A program made the translations under genes and the position numbers. The notes beneath the pieces are model-generated. The model was not told the origin of the DNA, ran no database searches, and saw nothing but the letters and a program-made list of their open reading frames with translations. From Strigamia acuminata (Eukaryota), in assembly GCA_949358305.1 (NCBI GenBank), contig OX442314.1, positions 2,542,001-2,606,000 on the forward strand: 64,000 nucleotides of DNA. The letters are read 5' to 3'. Shown here piece by piece: positions 58,331 through 64,000 of the stretch; within the stretch, counting starts at the first letter, position 1, and the number at the start of each line of letters is the position of its first letter.

Positions 58331-59550
58331 TGTTATTTGAGTGATTGGGCTCACGAAAGATTGACACTTTTCCAGGACAGGCTCGTGGACGACGAGGAGC
58401 GGCGCTGGACCGACGAGAACATCAACTGCGTGGCGCTCAAACACTAGCCGAACATTGAGCGGGATGTCCAACTCGCCCGTCCCATCCTCTACAGCAACTG
58501 GCTGTCCAAGGACTACGTGAAGGCGCGTCTCAAGTGTTGTGACCCGACTGGACCGGGGTCAACGAAGAGTTTCTCTCGTGACCTCGTTTCGGGTGTAAGG
58601 GGAGCCGCAAGCGCGTCTCCCTTCCCTCAGTGCATTGACATCTAGTCAATGGACAGGCGTCTGCCCTGAGGGAGTGGGGATGGCTCGTCCACCCCACCAT
58701 TGGGTGATTCCGGTCACCTGTCAACCCCGCTTTGTGCAAAGAAATGTGCCTTGCACTGAGCGGGCAGAACCAACACAACCATCAAACGAGAAACACACGT
58801 AAACCCGTCGTCCTACAAGATCAGGCCCAAGTAAATATACTGGGATTGACCAAGGACAAAGGACAATTTACCGTGAGTACGTTTGGTCAGTGTCAAACTC
58901 CGCAGAGTAACCTGCGAGATAAGATTACCACACTATTTTAGCACACCAGCTAGAAATAGTAAAAACCACTCCAGTTTAGCGAGTTGTGCAGACAAACGGT
59001 CGCACAAGCCTAAACTGCAGTAAAACCACGACGAGCGTTCCCGCCGCTGTGTGACCGCCGGGAGCCAGAAGAGTCCGCCGCTGTGTGATCGCCGGACACC
59101 ACACAAAAACCTAGACAACAGCCCGAAGTAAGCCTTTTAACTAAGCATTCACTCGCGCCCGACCAGCGTGAGCCCGAAGGACCAGCCAGAGACGAGCCGA
59201 GGACGCCATATTGCCACGCCGGCCCAAGACGACATCGCGTTGCCACAACGAGGACGCCATCTTGGACGCGAACGAAACAAAGGACGACCTCGCCGATTCC
59301 AGCCAGCTTTCATCATACCTTTACATTTCCATTTCCCTTCACCCATTCCGATTTACCTTTTACCTACCTTTCATATATATATATAAGATATATCTGTATA
59401 TTGTCCCACAGAATAAATCTATATTATATTTTACCTTTTATATCTGTGTAATCATTTCTTTGGGTAAACCGCTTGAGACAAAGCGGTAGTGAGTTAGTCG
59501 AATTAAGTAATCAACCCACGAGTTAGCGACGGTTAGAGTTGAGCGCGACA
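58331..59550 (+). repeat. Putative 5' LTR (about 1.2 kb)
   Basis: TGTTAT start where the ZNF remnant breaks; TATA at ~59375; AATAAA 59412; ends GCGACA 2 nt before the PBS; second LTR not in the window. Confidence 0.65.
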
Positions 59551-59552
59551 CG

Positions 59553-59570
59553 TGGGGGCCTGTCCGGGAT
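59553..59570 (+). promoter_or_regulatory. PBS, tRNA-Pro-like
   Basis: TGGGGGCCTGTCCGGGAT, close to the canonical Pro PBS TGGGGGCTCGTCCGGGAT. Confidence 0.8.
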
Positions 59571-59621
59571 CAAGTTGAATAACTGATTCTAACCTGTGAT
59601 TACATCATACCCAAAGCAAGA

Positions 59622-62600
59622 AATGGCAGATAATACTCGAGTAACAGACTCCGACTCAGACGTTAACAAACGAGCCGGTAGTCGCAAAGGAACCGACTAT
59701 CATTTGAGGTCGGGAGGTCCTTTGCCCAAAGCCTCAGCGCACGAGTCTAGGCAAAAACGCCGCAAGGCCAAGCCAGACCGACGAAGCGCTTCGGAGGCAT
59801 CGCACCCGTCTCACGCCGAGACGAGGCCGCGATTAGACGAGACGGAGCGGAGTGAGGATCCGTCCCACCCCAAACCGCCGCGTCCCAATCGTGACGGCGA
59901 GACGAGCGGAAACGAGGTTTTGTCCCGTAACCAATCGCCTCGTCTAACGCACGATACCGAGGTGAGCGATCCGAGAGCGACGTCTTCGATACAAAGGACG
60001 GCGTCCGACACGACAGCGAATTCAGCGCTAAACACGCCAATTACGCACAGTCGACCAGCCTCGGTAATGTCTGAAGGACACAAGTCCAACTCATCCTCTG
60101 TCAAGCGTGTTTCGAGCCAGCCTTACAGCGTCTCGGGCACCTTGATTGATGCGATGCAATTGGCACAGGCGGAAGGAGTGAGATACACCCTTCCGACGGG
60201 AAAGATTACAGTGTAGGAAACGTTACAAATCGTACGTGCAGCTTTAAAAGCGCACAGTGTATCCCCACAAATCACCATTGTTGAAGGTGCACACGCTCAA
60301 CAATTGGTTGATTCCGCTCAATTTGAAGCGGATGCAGAGAACGAGGCTCGACAAGCCATTCGCGAGAGACGGAGGAAGCTGGCGGAAAGAGAAGCGCAAG
60401 CTCTCGAGTACGGCAGAACCCAGCCCAATCCGACTACTCCCGAGGAGGTAGAAATAGTTGACCGAGCCCTGAGAGCACATCGATATGCTTTCCACTCGCA
60501 ACAAGAAGCAGAGCGAGCATTTATGGCCAGATTGCGACGAGATGACCCGAAATCCGTACGCAAACCAGAGGTCAGTTCATCCGAGCTGTCCGACGAGAGC
60601 CTAGAGGGAGACCCAAAGCGCACGCCGAAGGCCAAACCCAAACCCCAGCCGGAGAGGGCAACACCAGCTACTCCGCGCAAGAGAGATGCGTCGGCCAGAG
60701 AACAACAAACTCGGCCCCGCATGCAAGCTCTCGATTCAGCCACAAATAATGCGATAACGCGATTAATCAACGCTAATAATGCTAGGCGAAATGAAGAGCA
60801 AGCTCTCACAAGCCAACAGCATGATAATCCACAAGGGACTGAGTGGCAACAACCAGTGCCCATCCTTAAAGACGACGAGTCGTCAAGGAGACAATCGCAT
60901 GATCGCACCTCTTCGCGAGAAGAAGGCAAACGCGATGAAAGACCGAAATATTTTCACTACGGAAATAGTGATTCGTCGTCAGATGGACTGGAGTCAAATG
61001 CACCCAGTCATCACGATTCGGAGAGAGGTTCCGGAGAAAGACGAAGGGAAAGAGAACGCGATGAACGCAGGGAAAGGGAACGTGACGACCGTCGTAGGGG
61101 CCGGAAAGAGTCAAACTCTTCACGGCGCAACCCGCCACGCCGCTCACCGTCTCCCGACCCCAGCTCCGACCCCTCGTCCAACGACGACAGACGAAAGGAT
61201 AAATCAAGTAATCGCCGGAAGAGATCCAACTCTCCGCGCGATAGAGAGAAACGACGTCGATCGGAAAATAGCGACCACCGACGGGAGGAGTTTCAGGACC
61301 CTCCCCGACAAAGCGCGTTTACCGATTCGACGGGTCGGCAGTATACGATGGGAGAGCTTGGAAGAGCCCTACTCGGCTCGTTAAAAGCCGAGGGAATCGA
61401 TCTGAGCAAACGAAACGATCGTAATCGTAGCACTGGTGACCGCGTAAAGAAAAAATACGCTGTCTCCCGACGTGACACCATGAGTGTTACCGGGAATATT
61501 AGGTGGCAATTTTATATTCAGAACCGTTTCGACGGGTCATGGAAAGCGGGAGATCGCTTCCTTGACGAAGTAATTCGAATTAAGACTGCCACTAAAGCCA
61601 CCGTAGGAGACATGCTCACCCACGGTATTGTCGAGCTAATGACAGGCTCGGCACGTGAGTGGTACCAAGGATTGAAAGGCGTCAATTGGGACGACTTTTT
61701 AATGAGATTCGACCTGCGCTACGGCGAGACACCCGAAGAGGTGAGCCGAAAGATGCGAGGTCTTCGCCAGATGCCTGGTGAAACCATAATGGATTACGAC
61801 ATTCGCGCCAGATTGTTGTTCGAAAAGGCCCCGATGGAATTTCATGCCACGGGATTCAACCTTTTCTTTCTCGGCGGTTTGTCGGAATACTCGCAACGGG
61901 TGCTACTTGAAGAAAGGGCACCGACAGGAGGTAGCTACGAGGAGATGAGCGCCTTCCTGTTCGAGAACACGATAGATATCGAGAAGAGGTATTATTCCGC
62001 TTTACCAGAAGCGGAGAAAGCAGCGACCGCGAACCGTCTCAAGTTGAGTGCGGAAAGATATGGGGCGACAGATAAGATTATGCGCCCTACTGAATATCTT
62101 AGCGGTATAATGGAGCTGGCAGAAGCTAGCGTTGGTTTGCAAATAAAAAATAAACTGACATCCACGCTGCCTTCCAACCCTTTGGCCGCCCCTAAAAAGG
62201 CACCGACAGCGTCAGCCATGCAAGCGACACTGGAGGAGGTCAAGGAGGGGGAGGAAGCCGGACAAGATGCCGGAAAATTAGACGAAAAAGAAGAAAAAGA
62301 CGATTATTCGACGGACGAAGAAATACGAAGCTATCGCGATACCTTATCAACGGGTTGCGATGAGGAAGGACCGCTAGTACATCTCATCCATCGAGATAGA
62401 GCGGTAGAAGAATTTCGCGCCAGGTTAAAACCAAATGCCGGCCGAATTCCGAAGTATTTTCGGAAAAATTACACGCCACCGTCGAAAGCAGACCCTGAAA
62501 AGAAAAAATCGACTGAAGCCCCAAGAGACAAATCAAATATTCGCTGTTTCAAGTGTAACCAACCGGGCCACTACTCCAATGAGTGCCCAAGAACAGCGAA

Positions 62601-62706
62601 AGAAGACGCTAAATTTGACGCAATAATGAAGCAAATGGCAGAGATTAAACTCGCCATGGCAAAAAACGAGTCAAAAAACGAGTCAGCGCAGGCGGCGAAG
62701 AAATAA
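59622..62706 (+). CDS. gag: Gag with a long R/S/E-rich N-terminus; one frame break at ~60200-60250
   Basis: MTGSAREWY...WDDFLMRFDLRY...LRQMPGETIMDY capsid-like region; CFKCNQPGHYSNEC. Confidence 0.85.
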
Positions 62707-64000
62707 CTTCTCGACCGTCTGCGCCATTCATGAAGAAGAAGGGGTTTAACAAAGGGTTCGATAAGCCGCCACCAGTCAAAGAAATGGGTAGTGACATAGC
62801 TAACGCCCAAATTCAAGACAGGGCCAACAACGCTTTGCAGGTAATTACCGCAAACGCTGAGGCTGAGGCGGAAGAACCGAACCTACTGCTTGAAGAATTA
62901 CCTCAAGTAGTCGAAGACACAGAAGAATTTCGTGTTTTCATGTGCAACGTGGCGGTCGAATACACCAACCGCCTATGTATGTTGCCCATGACAATAGAAC
63001 GTGAAAAAATTATGGGACTGCTAGACTCGGGAGCAGATCGCTCGTTCGTTTCCGAAGACATAGTAGCATCATTGGGTCTCACCGATAAGATAAAAGGCGT
63101 TAATAAAAATATACGTCTAAAAACCGCCAACGGAATGGCGCGTCCAAAAGGAGTTATATTATTGACCATGGAGTGGCTCGGAGGAGTAGAACAGCACCCT
63201 TTCCTGGTCCTGCCCACATGCGACAGAATTTTTCTGTTGGGCTTAGACCTCATGGCGTCAATGGAAATACAACCAAATCCAATAACGAAATCTTGGAATT
63301 ATATCAGAAATGATAAGGAAAGACCCGCAATTGTCGTGCCACCAGCTCTTGTAAAAGAAGCGGCCGACAAGACACAGGGGGAGAAAGGCCTAAAGAAATT
63401 CGTTCAAGACTACGATTTTAAAGCATTCGTAACAGAATTGCAACGGGACAATGTAGTGGAAACGCTTGTCGCCGACGCCGCTTTAGAATTAAACGAAGCG
63501 GCAGCCCTACGAAGGGTCCTACTTAAATATGAGGGGATCCTGTCGAAAAAACCGGGCCGAACGAATAAGGCTATTCACGAAATTAAATTGACGGATAATA
63601 AACCTATACGAGTTGCGTATAAGGGAATGAACCCGCAAAAACGTGAAATAGTGCAAAAAATGTGCCAAGAAATGCTAGACAGTGGCATTGTCTCCGAGGC
63701 CCAGGGAGAATACGCGACGCGAGTTGTACTCGTGATGCGCCCGGGCTCGGACCCACGCCTATGCATTGATTACCGCCCATTAAACGCGGTGACAGAGATA
63801 GATCCCATACAGATGCCGTCTATCGAATCCATTTTGAGAGAGCTTAGCCCCTTTTCTTGGGTTACGACGATGGATCTGTCGAAGGGGTACTGGCAAGTTG
63901 AGATGAGGCCAGAGGATAAGATAAAAACAGCATTTTACTCGCCAATTGGACGGTTGATGTTCAACGTCATGCCATTTGGTTTAGTGAATGCTCCCAGTAC
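62679..64000 (+). CDS. pol: Pol (protease and RT, partial) in the -1 frame
   Basis: LLDSGA at ~63018; RLCIDYRPLN, MDLSKGYWQV, KTAF, VMPFGLVNAP. Confidence 0.92.

Larger units (their letters stand above)
58331..64000 (+). mobile_element. Gypsy LTR retrotransposon, 5' part; runs off the window
   Basis: LTR-like segment, PBS, gag with a CCHC knuckle, and PR-RT in the -1 frame; inserted into a ZNF remnant. Confidence 0.9.

Overview
Eukaryotic, AT-rich, probably arthropod DNA (inferred from TTAGG repeats, TCAGTT initiators and pickpocket-like and tandem C2H2 genes), dominated by transposable elements. The centre is a 34.7-kb three-level nest with every boundary and target-site duplication (TSD) readable. 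A Ty1/Copia element (10556-45283, TSD ATAAC) is interrupted in its RT by an antisense Gypsy-derived LTR element (14574-44374, TSD CCGC), which itself carries a near-complete 17.3-kb Polinton/Maverick (24752-42078, TSD GCCACC). The middle element has no gag and no integrase core. It keeps about 1000 codons of PR-RT-RNaseH with the catalytic motifs substituted, plus an orphan 769-aa ORF. The Polinton has a pPolB with two apparently inactivated vOTU-like domains, two adenain-like proteases, a fibre-like gene, and TIRs containing heat-shock elements, AP-1/ETS/kB motifs and repeated TATA-Inr promoters. The left flank holds a DEG/ENaC-like gene that appears to fuse two subunits, plus MITEs. The right flank holds a tandem C2H2 zinc-finger cluster, an LRR-like gene broken by a MULE derivative, and the 5' part of another Gypsy element. 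All calls come from reading motifs by eye; no database searches were run.
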